A stretch of DNA of 64,000 nucleotides from Okamejei kenojei (taxonomy: Eukaryota): positions 4,154,001 through 4,218,000 of the forward strand of contig CM069161.1 in assembly GCA_035221665.1 (NCBI GenBank), written 5' to 3'. The notes under the pieces are model-generated. The model had not been told where the DNA came from. It saw nothing but the letters and a program-made list of their open reading frames with translations, and did not search any database. Of this stretch, positions 63,032 through 64,000 are shown in pieces. The translations under genes were made by a program, and so were the position numbers. Within the stretch, counting starts at the first letter, position 1. Each line of letters starts with the position of its first letter.

Positions 63032-63160
63032 AGAATGATAAAGGGATTTGCAGGAGTGAGTAAACAGAAATTATGTCCTCAAAGAGGGAACAGGAATGAA
63101 GGTTGGAAGTGAGCCATTGAGGAGTCAAATCAGGAAGCATATCTTCACACAATGGTCACC
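63025..63160 (+). mobile_element. Old CR1 ORF2 3' fragment abutting the PB1-like sequence
   Basis: gtttagaatgataaagggatttg (F.MIKGF) ... aggaagcatatcttcacacaa (RKHIFTQ); compare 42112-42260. Confidence 0.6.
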
Positions 63161-64000
63161 AAGGGAATCTACAGCGTCCTCAGGAAGTCTCAAAATGCTT
63201 CACAGCCATTGAAGTATATTCACTTTCGAGACATAATTGTCATTTAGACAAATGTAGCAGCCAGTACTAGTTTCTGTTGTGGTTCAGTTGGTCACATTAT
63301 TCACTTCCAGTCACAAGCCCGGATGTTGAAACTCACTTCAAGAGGCCTGAGAATAAAAGTCGTCACTGACACTTTAAGTTGGGACTGGGGTCGAGATGCA
63401 CATGGAAGGTTTGCTCTCTGGATGAAAATAAAATCCTAGTTTGTATCTCTTCCCTCATTTAGTCATTATTTCAAAGAAGTATTAGTAAACATGATTAAAA
63501 CAGAGTATTTAGACAATGCTGATCCAAGGAACTGAAGTTTCTGGAATCATGAGCAAAACACAAAGTTTGGAGGAAGATAGCAGCTCAGGCAGCATTTGTG
63601 AATGGAATGAACGGGCAGGATGTCAGGACCTATCTTCAGAATTTTAAGGGTCCAGGTCCAAAATGTCAACGTTCCATTCCCTCCACAGATGCCGCCTTAC
63701 CTGGTGAGTTTCTCCAGCGATTTGTGCTTTGATCTGGACAATGCTGTTGGCAGAACTTGCTCCATGGAAACTGGTTGTTGTGATTCACGCCCTACAGCAG
63801 CTGTTACTCTTTGAAAGTAATCCATGGGCAGCCTTTGGGATGTCTCAGGACTGAGAAAGGTGCACAGCAAGTTCTCATAAACAGATAATGAGACAAACAA
63901 CCTGGGGATTTGTACCTGATGCCATAACTAGGATGCAGGTCAGTGTAGCAAGAAAACCTATTTATTGTTGAATAATTCATTATTCATCCACTCAAACACC

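Noticed and set aside
49800-64000. MYO1D terminal exons expected on the minus strand from human synteny
   Set aside because: No matching translation found by eye; may lie beyond the window or be absent.

Overview
Vertebrate genomic DNA, inferred from its repeat content (HER1-like CR1 LINEs, HE1/V-type SINEs, Penelope termini) to be a cartilaginous fish such as a skate or ray. It holds the 3' part of PSMD11 (9 coding exons, 2352-22076, plus a non-coding last exon from 26720) and the uninterrupted CDS of CDK5R1/p35 (48019-48927), both on +, in the same order as in human. Much of the rest is transposon-derived: CR1, L1/Tx1, Rex-Babar, SINEs, an LTR-element remnant split by a CR1, a Harbinger-type element with TIRs and TTA duplication, and about 20 Penelope-like termini carrying minimal hammerhead ribozyme cores. 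The most notable observation is at about 61870-63031: a frameshifted, stop-interrupted sequence whose translation matches, in order and spacing, about eight motifs of the N-terminal ~380 aa of Articulavirales (orthomyxo-/amnoonvirus-like) PB1 polymerase. This is a candidate endogenous viral element, joined at its 3' end to a CR1 fragment. All protein comparisons are by eye against sequences recalled from memory and need database confirmation. Repeat boundaries are approximate.
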